NCBI GenBank assembly: GCA_965227295.1
Contig: OZ245742.1
Span: forward strand, 2,016,001 to 2,080,000
Length of the DNA: 64,000 nt
Reading direction: 5' to 3'
Source of the DNA: Leptonemataceae bacterium
GTDB lineage: Bacteria > Spirochaetota > Leptospiria > Leptospirales > Leptonemataceae
In this document: positions 1 through 10,156 of the stretch, piece by piece
Layout of the letters: every line of letters starts with the position of its first letter
Numbering within the stretch: the stretch's first letter is position 1
Notes under the pieces: model-generated
Told to the model about the DNA's origin: nothing
The model's database searches: none
Seen by the model: the letters and a program-made list of their open reading frames with translations, nothing else
Translations under genes and position numbers: made by a program

Positions 1-423
1 CAGGAGCAACACGGCGGCATAGAGAATGAACTGTACGGCGTACTGCGGCATCTCCCGCAAAAGAAACAAAGCGGGCATGATGATCAGACTCACCAGCGCC
101 GCCGTGAACGCCGAAGCGTACAGGCGGGCCAGGGCGTAGCCCGTGCACACCGCGGCGCCGAGAAAGAAGTATGAGTGCGCGTAGAACAGTTCCGTCACGG
201 ACTTCGTAAAGAGCGCGATGATTTTGATCAGCAGCGTGTAGAGGGGAAAGAGGGACGTGACGCTCAGCAACTCCGGGAGCCGCAGGTTGGAGCCGCGCAC
301 ATAGACGCCGAAGTCGCCGCTCATGGGCAGGTCCCAGCCCGGGATGGAAAGAACGAAGACGGCCGTAAAAAAGAGCAGCGTCAGCGGAAACCAGAGAAGG
401 TCTTTGCTCCGGAGGGCCGCCAT
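1..423 (-). CDS. Polytopic membrane protein, N-terminal part (runs off window)
   Basis: Manual translation from ATG 423 (MAALRSKDLLWFPLTLLFFTAVFVLSIPGW...) is open to the window edge and has several hydrophobic helices; starts right after the upstream gene's stop. Confidence 0.65.
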   Translation of the reverse strand, partial: MAALRSKDLLWFPLTLLFFTAVFVLSIPGWDLPMSGDFGVYVRGSNLRLPELLSVTSLFPLYTLLIKIIALFTKSVTELFYAHSYFFLGAAVCTGYALARLYASAFTAALVSLIIMPALFLLREMPQYAVQFILYAAVLLL

Positions 424-424
424 G

Positions 425-1216
425 TCATTCCTCCCGTTGGATTTCGGGGAAGAATCTGCGAATGCCGAACACGCCGGCGTAAATGAACGGCGTATCGATG
501 AGCGCCATGGCTAACTTCGTTACGTACACGGTTAAGATGACCTGGATCACCGACACCGGTTTCTCCGCGGTGGGCACCCAGAAGGGCATCTCGAAGTAGA
601 AGTACAGAAAAATTCCGCTTACGATGAACGTATCCGCGAGCTGAGAGACGGCCGTCGAGCCGTTATTGCGCAGCCACAGATGTTTGCCGCCGGTGAGGCG
701 GCGCCAGAAGTGAAACAGAAAGTTGTCGAGTAACTGCGCCGTGAGATACGCGAGCATCGAAGAGAACAACAGAATGCCCGGGGCCTCGAACGTGAACGTG
801 TACGCGGCCTGGGCGGCCTGCGCACTGATGGCGATGATCTCCCCCGCGTCGTTCTTGATGTACATGTCCGGATGAAAGAACTCCGCGAAACCGGGGCGGA
901 TGGTCCAGATTTCGGCCGGCGGTACGGCCTTGGCGATGTTCAGCACGCCCAACATCAAAAGCGAAATCAGAAAACCGTAGATGACCATGAGATCGGCCCG
1001 GCGTTTGCCCCAGGTTTCGGAGACGATGTCCGTAAACCAGAAGGTCAACGGGTACGTGATGATGCCCGTGGTGAGCACGAAGCCGGTGCCGAAAAGTCCC
1101 CGGGGCAGGCTTTCTCCGAACATAATGAAAAGCTTCGTGCCGATCATGTTCGTGATGACCAGGATGCCCACAAAGGCGCTGGCCAAAAAGACGTAGAGTT
1201 TATCGCCGCGGCTCAT
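425..1216 (-). CDS. yhhQ: Queuosine precursor transporter (YhhQ/Vut_1 family)
   Basis: Motifs TNMIGTK, YPLTFWFTDIVSETWG, AYLTAQLLD, LWLRNNGSTAVSQLADT, DTPFIY. Confidence 0.9.
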   Translation of the reverse strand: MSRGDKLYVFLASAFVGILVITNMIGTKLFIMFGESLPRGLFGTGFVLTTGIITYPLTFWFTDIVSETWGKRRADLMVIYGFLISLLMLGVLNIAKAVPPAEIWTIRPGFAEFFHPDMYIKNDAGEIIAISAQAAQAAYTFTFEAPGILLFSSMLAYLTAQLLDNFLFHFWRRLTGGKHLWLRNNGSTAVSQLADTFIVSGIFLYFYFEMPFWVPTAEKPVSVIQVILTVYVTKLAMALIDTPFIYAGVFGIRRFFPEIQREE

Positions 1217-1231
1217 AAACAATTTACCAGG

Positions 1232-2638
1232 TCATCTTAAGAACAGGAAGTACAGAATCAACAACAGTCCGAGTCCGTAGAGAATCGGCGAGACCTCCCG
1301 CCACCGTCCGGAGAGCAACTTGATCACCGGATAGGCGATGAAACCCAGGGCGATGCCGTCGGCGATGCTGTACGAAAGCGGAATGCCCAGGATGATCACG
1401 AAGGCCGGAACGCTTTCGCTGAAATCGTCGAGGGCGATGCTGCGTACGTTTTGCAGCATCATGGCGCCGACCAGAAGCAACGCCGGGGCCGTCACCGGGG
1501 CGTACGAACCCACCATGCCGACGATGGGACTGAAGAACAAGGCCAGCAAGAACAAAGCGGCCGTAACCAGCGAGGCCAGGCCGGTGCGCGCGCCCTGGGC
1601 AATGCCCGACGCGCTTTCGATGTACGAGGTGACCGTGGAGGTACCGAGGGCTGCTCCGGCGACGGTGCCGGTGGCGTCCGCGAGAAAGGCACGGTTCGCC
1701 CGGGGCAGTTTGTTGTTCCGCATGAAGCCGCCCTGTTCGCCCACGGCGACCAGGGTGCCCATGGTATCGAACAAATCAATAAACAGAAAGATGATCACCA
1801 GCGGAATCATCGCGAGCGAAACGGCCCCGGCCAGGTCCATGGCAAAGAGCGTAGGACGAATGTCCGGAGGCAGGGAAAACACGCCGACGGCGGGCTGAAA
1901 GCGAGTCATTAACATACTCTCAGCGACAATTTGCGATTCCGCGGCCGTGGGAAAGAGCGCGAGCCCGTACCGTAACGCCAGGGCGAAGAGCGTGCTTGCG
2001 AGGATGCCCCAGAGAATGGCGCCGGGCAAGCGGCGGACGAACAGCGCCGTCGTAACGATGAGCCCGAAGAAAAAGACGATGAGGTCCGGTGAGGCGAAGG
2101 CCGTGTTGAGTTCCACGGCGGTGGCCTCATTGTTGAGAATCAGGCCGGTGTTCCGCAGGCCGACGAACGCAATGAACAAACCGATGCCCACGGCGATGCC
2201 GTTCTTGAGCGACGGGCTCACCGCGTTCATCAACAGCTCGCGCAAACCGGAGAGCGAAATCAACAGGAACAAGACGCCGGCCACGAAGACCACGCCGAGC
2301 GCCGTCTGCCAGCCCGCGCCGAAGCCGGCGGCCGCGGCGGCGGGCACCACGCCGAACACGAAAAAGAAGTTCGCGCCCATGCCCGGGGCGAGGGCCACGG
2401 GATAACGCGCGGCCAGGGCCATGACGATCGTTGCAAAGGCCGCCGCCAGGCACGTCGCCGTTGTTGCCGCGCCGATGTCCAGGCCGTTGGGAGCACCGAA
2501 CATCTCACCGGAGATGACGGCGGGGTTTACGAAGATGATGTAGGACATCGTCAGGAATGTGACGATGCCGCCGAAGACTTCGGTGCGTAGATCGCTGCCG
2601 GACTCGGCCAGCTTGAAGTAACGTCGGAGAAAATCCAG
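1232..2638 (-). CDS. NCS2 family purine permease (AzgA/PbuG-like)
   Basis: APGMG, DLFDTMGT, TSTVTSYIESASG, GARTGL motifs; family-like N-terminus (YFKL..S.DLRTEV.GG.VTFLTMSY) extends upstream of the ORF-track ATG to a CTG at 2638. Confidence 0.88.
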   Translation of the reverse strand: MDFLRRYFKLAESGSDLRTEVFGGIVTFLTMSYIIFVNPAVISGEMFGAPNGLDIGAATTATCLAAAFATIVMALAARYPVALAPGMGANFFFVFGVVPAAAAAGFGAGWQTALGVVFVAGVLFLLISLSGLRELLMNAVSPSLKNGIAVGIGLFIAFVGLRNTGLILNNEATAVELNTAFASPDLIVFFFGLIVTTALFVRRLPGAILWGILASTLFALALRYGLALFPTAAESQIVAESMLMTRFQPAVGVFSLPPDIRPTLFAMDLAGAVSLAMIPLVIIFLFIDLFDTMGTLVAVGEQGGFMRNNKLPRANRAFLADATGTVAGAALGTSTVTSYIESASGIAQGARTGLASLVTAALFLLALFFSPIVGMVGSYAPVTAPALLLVGAMMLQNVRSIALDDFSESVPAFVIILGIPLSYSIADGIALGFIAYPVIKLLSGRWREVSPILYGLGLLLILYFLFLR

Positions 2639-2641
2639 GGC

Positions 2642-4231
2642 TCAGGCCTCGTCTTGTTGTGACGTGCCGGCGGCCAGCGAGGACGGATCCTGTTCCAGGG
2701 CCTCGGCGAAGAGGGCTTGCGCGTCGCCGCGTTTTTCGGCGTTCTCGTTGACGAGGGAGATCATGTGATCGGCCAGCTCCTCGATGCGCGAGATTTCCGG
2801 ACGCAGGGAGTTCGACTCCGAGGTGAGCGCGGTCATGTCCTTTTCCATGCGACCCAGGGCCGAGGCGACTTCTTCGCCGGACGCCTTCTGATGGCCGGCG
2901 TTGCGCGCGATGTCGCCGGAGAGGCGGGACATTTGTTCGAGCTGGTCCAGCAGGGACTGGTTCAACTTCTGCTGACGCGTGAAGATCTGCTGGAGGTTCT
3001 TCATGTTTTCGTCGATCTTGATCAGTTCTTCCTGCTGCGCGCGGACCCGCTCACTAACATCACCTGAGCTTTCCTTAACCTGGTCCGTCAAAGTGCGGGA
3101 CTGTTTGATGATGTCGGCGATGCTGCGGGCGTTGTTTACGGAGTAGTCCGCGAGCTTGCCGATCTCCGCCGCGACCACGGCGAAACCGCGGCCGGCCTCT
3201 CCGGCGCGCGCGGCTTCAATGGAGGCGTTGAGCGAAAGCAGGTTCGTCTGGTCGGCGATGTTCGCCATGACCGAGTTGATCTTGCCCAGGCGCGAGAGTG
3301 ACTCGAGGATTTTCAGGACGCTTTCGTTCGTGCTCTGCACGGACTGGTTCACCTCGTTGACGTAAGCGCGGGCGCGGGCCGAGGTCTGGGCCAGGTTTTC
3401 GGTGGAGACGATGATGTCGTTCAGAATGGCACCCATCTCGGTGCCCTGGTTTTGCAGTTCGGTGAGGCGTTCTTTTTGTTTCTCGACGCTGGTGGTGGTG
3501 TTCGTCGACGCCACGGCGAAGCCTTCGACGATGGCGGACATCTCGACGACGGAGCCGGCCTGGGACTCCATGCGTTCGAGCATGTTATCGAGGAACTCGT
3601 TGAACTGCGAGATGGATTTTTTGAGTACACTGACGGCCATGGCCGTGTTCATGCGGTTGTCTTCGAGACGTTGGTAGGCGTCTTCCAGGTCGTCGCCTTT
3701 CTGCTGGGCGGCCGCGGTGATGCCGGGCACCGCGAATCGCAGGACGATGCCGAGGACCAGGAGCGCACCGCTGTAGACCGCCACGTAGCCGACAAGCCGC
3801 GCGTTCGGTTCGCTCAGGGCCAGGTTCGCGGCGGCGTAGAGGATGGCCGCGAGCAGGCCGGCCACGGGAACGAAGCGTCGTCCGGCGCCGCCGGGGAGCA
3901 ACGCCGCGCCGATGGGCAGGATCATGAGGGCGTCGGCGCGGATCAGGGCTTTGCCGACGAATTCAGCGCCGGCAATGGAAGCGGCGATCACGGCCAGGTC
4001 GAGAACCAGCAGGACCTGGCTCAGCCCCGGCCTGGGTGAACGACGGGTGAGCAGGAATTCGACGAGGGTCAGTACCAGCAGGAACCCGCCGCAGCCGGCG
4101 TAGAGGGTGGTGATCTGGAGTGCTTCGGAGTTGCCCGCGTGCAGGCCGGCCAATGCAAAAAAGGCCGCGGCCAGGATCAGTCGCACGAGGGCGGAGATTC
4201 GCGTGCGGCCGGTCTGTTTCCCATCATCCAT
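2642..4231 (-). CDS. Methyl-accepting chemotaxis protein with multi-TM N-terminus
   Basis: MCP hairpin-tip signature [37 protein letters not shown]; start placed at MDDGKQ. Confidence 0.92.
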   Translation of the reverse strand: MDDGKQTGRTRISALVRLILAAAFFALAGLHAGNSEALQITTLYAGCGGFLLVLTLVEFLLTRRSPRPGLSQVLLVLDLAVIAASIAGAEFVGKALIRADALMILPIGAALLPGGAGRRFVPVAGLLAAILYAAANLALSEPNARLVGYVAVYSGALLVLGIVLRFAVPGITAAAQQKGDDLEDAYQRLEDNRMNTAMAVSVLKKSISQFNEFLDNMLERMESQAGSVVEMSAIVEGFAVASTNTTTSVEKQKERLTELQNQGTEMGAILNDIIVSTENLAQTSARARAYVNEVNQSVQSTNESVLKILESLSRLGKINSVMANIADQTNLLSLNASIEAARAGEAGRGFAVVAAEIGKLADYSVNNARSIADIIKQSRTLTDQVKESSGDVSERVRAQQEELIKIDENMKNLQQIFTRQQKLNQSLLDQLEQMSRLSGDIARNAGHQKASGEEVASALGRMEKDMTALTSESNSLRPEISRIEELADHMISLVNENAEKRGDAQALFAEALEQDPSSLAAGTSQQDEA

Positions 4232-4348
4232 ATCGTACCGCCAGCAATACATGCTGGAGCCGATTACGCAAGTCATATCCAGCCGGCGTGGACAATCTGT
4301 GGGTTCCGACACGGCCCGAAAGAAGAGTGAGGTAAGTGAAACAAGAAT

Positions 4349-4470
4349 CTTTCGGGCGCGTCGGCGCTCCGCGCCGACCGGGCTGCTCCGGGCTGCTCCG
4401 GGCTCCGCTGTCGCTGCGGTCGCGCTGCGCGCGACGGCCTTCGGCCCCCTGCACATCCCTCGCGCGAAGA
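4349..4470 (-). repeat. REP-like dispersed element, copy 1
   Basis: Minus strand: cgcgcgagggatg...gaccgcagcgacagcggagcccggagcagcccgg-[hairpin tcggcgc/gcgccga]-cgcgcccgaaa; shares core with copies at ~4540, ~8500 and ~60500. Confidence 0.75.
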
Positions 4471-4484
4471 GCTTTGGATTTCAA

Positions 4485-4596
4485 GCGTGAGGGACACGTA
4501 GGGTGGCGCGCAGCGCCAGTCTCAGCCGTCCTCGGCTGAGACCGCAGCGAAGCGGAGCCCGGAGTGGCCCGACCCCGCGCACAGCGCGGGGGCACG
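4485..4596 (+). repeat. REP-like dispersed element, copy 2 (5' exon of intron; continues as cccaaa at 6481)
   Basis: gaccgcagcgaagcggagcccggagtggcccga-[ccccgcgc aca gcgcgggg]-gcacg|intron|cccaaa. Confidence 0.8.
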
Positions 4597-6480
4597 GTGT
4601 GCCCGGCATGGGCGATGACTACCGGTGAGAGTCCGGAACCGTAGGTCAGCAAAACGGTTAGCAGAGGGCAAGGGTTCCATCGCGAGGTGTGGCCTGAAGG
4701 AAGCCGTATGCGAAATTCCGATCCGACGAACAGGAATCTGATGAGGCTGGTGTCCCCGGGCAAGTCTGCCGTACAAGACGAAGCCCGCTGACCGAATGGG
4801 GGCACGAGTAGATCAGGCGGGTGCGGAAGGAAAGCCATCGTTCTTACCCGGGGAGGTCTGCGTGCACGGCGTCTTAAATGGCGCGGAAGATCGGGCGACC
4901 GATATTCCAGGGTGCGCGCAGAAGTCAGCAGAGGCCATAGTAAGCCGTGCGATGCAGTTTCCAGAGCGATAGGCATCAAACGGACGAAGGGCCGAACGAT
5001 ATTTCAGAGGGGAAAGCGGTAATCCTGAATCATGCAGTATGAGCTGGACTTCGTGTTGGCGGTATCATGCCCGGCGATTACCGGTGGAAACCTCGCGGAT
5101 GAATCGAGGATGAGTGATAAGAATCACGCAACGACGAATCTGATGGATCGGATTCTTGAGCGCGAGAACATGGAACGTGCGTTGCGCCGGGTCATTTCCA
5201 ATAAAGGGAAGCCCGGCGTGGACGGTGTAACGGTGGAGGCGCTCAAGCCGTATCTTAAGGTACATTGGGAACGTATTAAGCAAGAGCTTCGTGACGGTCG
5301 CTACCGACCGCAGCCGGTGCGCCGGGTGGAAATCCCGAAGCCGGACGGCGGCGTGCGTCTGCTGGGTATCCCATGTGCCGTGGATCGTTTGATCCAGCAG
5401 GCCGTGTTACAGGTTCTGAATCCGATCTTCGATGCGAAATTCTCGGAATCCAGCTACGGTTTCCGGCCGGGGCGCAGTGCTCACGATGCGGTGCGCGCGG
5501 CCCGGGATCACGTACGCGCCGGATTCACGATCGTCGTGGACATCGACATCGAAAAGTTTTTCGACAACGTAAACCACGACATCTTGATGGCCCGGGTTGC
5601 ACGCACGCTCAAAGACAAAGCGGTGCTGAAGCTGCTGCGTCGCTATCTCCAGGCGGGCGTGCTGATTAACGGCGTGCGTCTGGTGGGCGAAGAGGGTGTG
5701 CCGCAGGGTGGGCCGATCAGCCCGCTGCTGGCGAACATCATGCTGGACGACCTGGACCGGGAACTGGAAAAACGCGGCCATCGCTTCTGTCGTTACGCCG
5801 ATGATTGCAACATCTATGTGCGATCCATGGGCGCGGGACGCAGGGTGAAGGCGAGCATTACTAAGTTCCTGGAAAAGAAACTTAAGCTGCGGGTGAACCC
5901 GGCGAAGAGTGCGGTGGATTATCCCCGGAAACGTAAGTTCCTGGGGTTTCGCATCCTGCGCCGCAAGAAGGGCGGGGTGCAAATCTTTATCGCGGAGCGT
6001 TCCATCGAACGACTGAAGGACGGCATCCGGCGGCTCACCAGAGCCCGGACGCCGATCTCATTCGAGGAACGCATCCGCCGACTGGTCGTGTATCTGCGCG
6101 GCTGGGCGGCATATTTCGCGCCGGGCGAAAACACCGCGGCCTTGAGCAAGATCTCCCAGTGGATGCGCCATCGGCTGCGCATGTGTCTGTGGCGACAGTG
6201 GCGACTCCCGCGAACTCAGATTCGGGAACTCACCAACAGAGGGCTCTCCTTGCGAGATGCATTCCGGCTCGTCACCATGGCACGCAGCAAAGGCCCCTGG
6301 CGCATCTCCGGCACTCACCTGATGGGAATCGCCTTCTCTCCCGGCTACTTTCGCCGGCTCGGCCTCCTGAACATCGAAGAATTTTGCTTACGTAGCCGTC
6401 AAGGATATCGAACCGCCGTATACGGACCCGTACGTACGGTGGTGTGAGGGGCGGCGGGGAGAACCCGCCGCCTACTCGAT
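4597..6480 (+). mobile_element. Group IIC intron, apparently complete
   Basis: 5' end gtgtgcccggcatggg...ggtgagagtccg matches IIC introns; short domain V gaaccgccgtatacggacccgtacgtacggtggtgt; domain VI ending cctactcgat; inserted a few nt after a GC hairpin; encodes RT/maturase. Confidence 0.93.
5032..6447 (+). CDS. ltrA: Group II intron reverse transcriptase/maturase without endonuclease domain
   Basis: PGVDG, IPKPDGGVRLLGIP, SYGFRPGRS, DIEKFFD, PQGGPISPLLANI, RYADD, FLGF and LRGWAAYF motifs; true start may be 5110. Confidence 0.95.
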   Translation: MQYELDFVLAVSCPAITGGNLADESRMSDKNHATTNLMDRILERENMERALRRVISNKGKPGVDGVTVEALKPYLKVHWERIKQELRDGRYRPQPVRRVEIPKPDGGVRLLGIPCAVDRLIQQAVLQVLNPIFDAKFSESSYGFRPGRSAHDAVRAARDHVRAGFTIVVDIDIEKFFDNVNHDILMARVARTLKDKAVLKLLRRYLQAGVLINGVRLVGEEGVPQGGPISPLLANIMLDDLDRELEKRGHRFCRYADDCNIYVRSMGAGRRVKASITKFLEKKLKLRVNPAKSAVDYPRKRKFLGFRILRRKKGGVQIFIAERSIERLKDGIRRLTRARTPISFEERIRRLVVYLRGWAAYFAPGENTAALSKISQWMRHRLRMCLWRQWRLPRTQIRELTNRGLSLRDAFRLVTMARSKGPWRISGTHLMGIAFSPGYFRRLGLLNIEEFCLRSRQGYRTAVYGPVRTVV

Positions 6481-6525
6481 CCCAAAAAAAACTCACCTGA
6501 GTTACTGCCCCATGATCCGGGGTGT

Positions 6526-6963
6526 TTACAATTTTAGAGCTTTCTGGATCGCCTGTTCCAGGGTGTTCCACGATAATGTCGCGCACTTCACGCGCACCGG
6601 ATAACGTTGCACGCCCTTGAAGGCCTCGAGGTCCTCGTGTTCCTCGGGAAAGTTCGGCTCGCGGTTTTCGGTGATCATGGACTTGAACGAGTCGATGAGC
6701 TTCTCGGCCTGCTCGGTGGTCATGCCCTCGACGGCGTCGGCCATCATGGAACCCGACGCCACCGAAATGCTGCAACCCCGGCCGTTCACGCGAATGCCTT
6801 TGAGTACGCCGTCCTGAACTTCGACTTCGATCTCGACCTCGTCGCCGCAACTGCGGTTCACGCCTTCTTCGACGACGCTGGGATGATCCAGATGCCCGCG
6901 ATGCGAAGGGTTCTGCGAGTGTTCGATAATGAGTTCTTTGTAGAGATCTTCCGTAAGAGACAT
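6526..6963 (-). CDS. sufU: SUF system NifU-family sulfur transfer protein
   Basis: LYKELIIEH, NRSCGD, GCSISVAS, RVKCATL; directly downstream of sufS. Confidence 0.93.
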   Translation of the reverse strand: MSLTEDLYKELIIEHSQNPSHRGHLDHPSVVEEGVNRSCGDEVEIEVEVQDGVLKGIRVNGRGCSISVASGSMMADAVEGMTTEQAEKLIDSFKSMITENREPNFPEEHEDLEAFKGVQRYPVRVKCATLSWNTLEQAIQKALKL

Positions 6964-6991
6964 GATGATTCGTTCCAGATGTTGCGGCGGC

Positions 6992-8236
6992 TCAGGCCGG
7001 CACGACGCTCTTAAAGATTTCGCGCACGCGCACGAGACCGCGCACCAGGGCGTCCACATCCTCGGGACCGTTGTAAAGATAAAACGACGCCCGCGCCGTA
7101 CCCGTGAGATCGTTCTTGCGCATCCACGGTTCGCAGCAGTGATGCCCCGCGCGAATGGCGATGCCCTCTTCGTCGAGGATCGTGCCCACGTCGTGCGAAT
7201 GCACGCCCTCGACGTTGAACGAGACAATGCCGCCGCGCTGATCCCACTCCCGCGTTCCGTACAGGTTGATGCCCGGCACTCGCTCCATTTCGGCGACGGC
7301 GTACTTCGTGACTTCGACCTCGTGGGCGTGGATGGCGTCCAGGCCGACGTTTTCCAGGTAGTCCAGGGCCACGTGAAAGGCCACCACGCCGGCGATGTTG
7401 GGCGTGCCCGCTTCGAATTTTTCCGGCAGGCCGGCGGCTTTGAAGCCGTCCTTCGTGACGCTTAAGATCATGTCGCCGCCACCTAAGAACGGCGGCATGG
7501 CTTCCAGGATGTCTTTTTTTCCGTAGAGGGCGCCGACGCCGGTGGGCCCGAGCATCTTGTGCGCCGAGAGGGCGTAAAAATCGCAGCCTAACTGCTGAAC
7601 ATCTACGGTTAAGTGGCAGGCCCCCTGGGCGCCGTCGATGACGAACAGCGCGTCTACGGCCTTCGCTTTTTTGCCGATGGTTTCGAGATCGTGAATGGTG
7701 CCAAGAGCATTCGACATGTGCGCCACCGAGACGATCTTCGTGCGCGGGCCGATGACCTCGTCCAGCCGGCTGTAATCGTAGCGGCCGTCGTCGGTGAGCG
7801 GAATGTGTTTTACGACGGCGCCCGTGCGTTCGGCGAGCATGAACCAGGGCACCAGGTTTGAGTGATGTTCCAGCTCGCTGACGACGATCTCATCGCCCGC
7901 ACCGACGTTCGCATCGCCCCAGGAGCGCGCCACCAGGTTGAGGCTTTCGGTTGTGTTGCGTGTAAAGATGATTTCTTCCGGTCGCGCAGCGCCGATGAAG
8001 TTCGCCAGGCGTTCGCGCGTGCGGTCGTAGAGATCGGTGGCTTCGTAGCTGAGGCGATAGGCCCCGCGGTGGATGTTGGCGTTCCGGCAGCGGTAGTAGT
8101 TTTCGAAGGTATCGATGACCTTTCTGGGCTTCTGTGACGAGGCGGCGCTGTCCAGAAAGACGAGGTCCTTGCCGTTCATTTTCGACTGAAGCAGGGGGAA
8201 GTCGTTTTTGATGGCGTGGTAATCGAATGTGCTCAT
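6992..8236 (-). CDS. sufS: SufS family cysteine desulfurase
   Basis: LDSAASSQKP, EHHSNLVPW, SAHKMLGPTG (PLP Lys), FEAGTP, RAGHHC. Confidence 0.96.
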   Translation of the reverse strand: MSTFDYHAIKNDFPLLQSKMNGKDLVFLDSAASSQKPRKVIDTFENYYRCRNANIHRGAYRLSYEATDLYDRTRERLANFIGAARPEEIIFTRNTTESLNLVARSWGDANVGAGDEIVVSELEHHSNLVPWFMLAERTGAVVKHIPLTDDGRYDYSRLDEVIGPRTKIVSVAHMSNALGTIHDLETIGKKAKAVDALFVIDGAQGACHLTVDVQQLGCDFYALSAHKMLGPTGVGALYGKKDILEAMPPFLGGGDMILSVTKDGFKAAGLPEKFEAGTPNIAGVVAFHVALDYLENVGLDAIHAHEVEVTKYAVAEMERVPGINLYGTREWDQRGGIVSFNVEGVHSHDVGTILDEEGIAIRAGHHCCEPWMRKNDLTGTARASFYLYNGPEDVDALVRGLVRVREIFKSVVPA

Positions 8237-8493
8237 GTAAATCGCCCCGGGCCGGTGTTGCGCCGGCGAGACTGCCGACAGGTTCCCAGTATATGGTTAA
8301 GAAATGGAAGCGGGGGATTAGTTTCAATAAGGAAATGCGTGGAAGATGGGGTCACAGGAGGTTGAGAGGAGGAGAGGGGATGCGTGTGGGATGGTTGGGC
8401 TGCTGATGTCAGTGGGATCTGTGGCTCCTGTGCGATCCGTGACATAAGTTGTGTCCCGGAAATCCGGGATGGATCAGATGGACCAGGCGGATC

Positions 8494-8590
8494 TTTTTGG
8501 GCGTCGGCCCGGCGGTGTCGGGAGCCGCCGGATACCGCGCTACTCCGGGCTCGCTATCCGCTCGGGGAGTGACTAAAGAGGCATCCCGGG
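8494..8590 (-). repeat. REP-like dispersed element, copy 3 (no intron)
   Basis: Minus strand: gcgagcccggagtagcgcggtat-[ccggcgg...ccgccgg]-gccgacgcccaaaaag, with the acg|cccaaa junction intact. Confidence 0.75.
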
Positions 8591-8631
8591 TTTTTTTAGA
8601 AATCAAAGCAAAACTGAAATGTGACCGGGCT

Positions 8632-8901
8632 TCACGATTGCAGAAGTTGGGCTTCCACCCCATCCACGATAATGATCGGCTTCTCGAAGAAGCCCGGCGG
8701 GTTTACGATCTTGATCTTTCGCTTGTTCAGTGTGAACTGTAGCTTGTTCGGAAACCGAATGGTGCGGGTGCTGATTGTTGGCGGCGCCATGTCCACCAGC
8801 TTGCCTCCGTAGTATACCTTGATTGTGCCGAAGAACCAGCCCACACGGACTTCAAGGACCTTGCCGTCGAGGTAGGTCTTTGCGGTGTATGGGTTGCGCA
8901 T
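8632..8901 (-). CDS. Small basic hypothetical protein
   Basis: 89-aa ORF, beta-rich composition, co-oriented with neighbours. Confidence 0.55.
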   Translation of the reverse strand: MRNPYTAKTYLDGKVLEVRVGWFFGTIKVYYGGKLVDMAPPTISTRTIRFPNKLQFTLNKRKIKIVNPPGFFEKPIIIVDGVEAQLLQS

Positions 8902-8907
8902 AGGTAT

Positions 8908-9102
8908 TTATGGATCGGTTCCCTGCAGTTTGAGGGCTAACTTGCTCAGGCTGTCACGCATCTCCATGCGGTTAATGCCAAAGTGTGCTTCCCGATGGTG
9001 ATTCGGGTAGAGAGCGACGACATTGCTTTCACTATCGCTTCCGCCTTCGGCCAATGAAGTTACATGGTGGGTTTCCAGGTAGATACTTCCATTGGGCATC
9101 AT
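8908..9102 (-). pseudogene. HNH endonuclease C-terminal remnant
   Basis: YLETHHV..LAEGGSD..SNVVAL(Y)PNHHREAH resembles an HNH motif; N-terminal part is missing and the usual Cys before PN is Tyr. Confidence 0.7.
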
Positions 9103-9224
9103 TGTACAAGATTGATGAGAAGGGGTTGGTTGGTTTGAGGGCTGGTAGATCCATAGATGGGCGACAAGTTTTTATTTTTATAGGCAGTGACGAATGTTGC
9201 GATGTTTGTCAATGCGATCCCCTA

Positions 9225-9638
9225 TCATCCGTCAAGAAGCCAGAACAGTGCGTTCATGAGGGCCCCCAGCAGTTCTGCGAGCAGATTCGTTACCCACAGA
9301 TCATCCAGGTTCTTCTCGTCTGCCGATTTGCGTTCTCGCTTCTGAGTCTTTTTTGCCGCCCGTGACCGTGCTTTGTCGACCGACTCCCGCCATTTTTCCG
9401 GCTTCGGGTGTTTGCGAACGGATGTCTTCGTTCCGCGTAGTAAGTCGTATTCGCGACGGCGTAGTGGGTGGCGTAGAACCTCGAAAGCTTCGTTCAACTG
9501 CAGGAATTGGTCGTGCGCGTCGTCCGCATCATTACGATCGGGATGAAGCCGGAGTGCTTTCTGCCGGAAGGCAGTGCTGATTTCCAACTGAGACGCGGTC
9601 GGTTTGACGCCCAGAACTTTGTAGTAGTCCTCCATCAT
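9225..9638 (-). CDS. DnaJ (J-domain) protein
   Basis: DYYKVLGV, LHPDRN (HPD motif), LNEAFEVL, RREYD. Confidence 0.9.
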   Translation of the reverse strand: MMEDYYKVLGVKPTASQLEISTAFRQKALRLHPDRNDADDAHDQFLQLNEAFEVLRHPLRRREYDLLRGTKTSVRKHPKPEKWRESVDKARSRAAKKTQKRERKSADEKNLDDLWVTNLLAELLGALMNALFWLLDG

Positions 9639-9674
9639 GAGCACCGCGGGCGGGACCCCTGCGGCCGTCGCGGA

Positions 9675-10148
9675 TCAGTTCACCCTGTCAGGAATTGCAA
9701 ACATCGCGGCAAGAAATGCAATCCCGGCCAGAACAATGCGCGCCCATTGCCACTGCGCCCACTCAACGAGGGCCGCCGGCAATTGTTCGGGTGCGATGCT
9801 GCGTTCCAGAAAGGCCGCATTGGCCGCTTTGAAATAGACCGGGAAGAGGATCAGTACCGCGACGGCTGCAATCAGAGCCAGAACCATCGTCCACTTTCCG
9901 CGTTGATTGCTCACGAACAACCACAGACTGGCGATCAGGGCTGCGACCGCACTGGTGATTTGCAGCGGGCTGTAGAAAGCCACGAGCCTCGCATGGTTCT
10001 GCGCATACCAGTCGTAGAACTCGACGGGTTCCAGTTCCTGCCAGAACGGGACCAGCAACGTGACTTCGGCGAGGCTCGCACCGGCCGAGATTCCGAGTAC
10101 GGCAGCAACGAGAATGATCAATTTGCGCGTCATAGATTTCGAATCCAC
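9675..10148 (-). CDS. Four-TM membrane protein (DUF1772-like)
   Basis: Hydrophobic helices with PFWQEL, YFKAANAAF and W..WQWAR pattern. Confidence 0.6.
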   Translation of the reverse strand: MDSKSMTRKLIILVAAVLGISAGASLAEVTLLVPFWQELEPVEFYDWYAQNHARLVAFYSPLQITSAVAALIASLWLFVSNQRGKWTMVLALIAAVAVLILFPVYFKAANAAFLERSIAPEQLPAALVEWAQWQWARIVLAGIAFLAAMFAIPDRVN

Positions 10149-10156
10149 ACCTATCC

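Noticed and set aside
2639..2644. Stop-codon read-through or selenocysteine MCP-permease fusion
   Set aside because: Both proteins are complete on their own and no SECIS-like support was seen; coupled CTG initiation is simpler.
5032..6447. RT as a retron, DGR or defence RT
   Set aside because: It lies within full group II intron RNA boundaries with domain V/VI and has maturase motifs.
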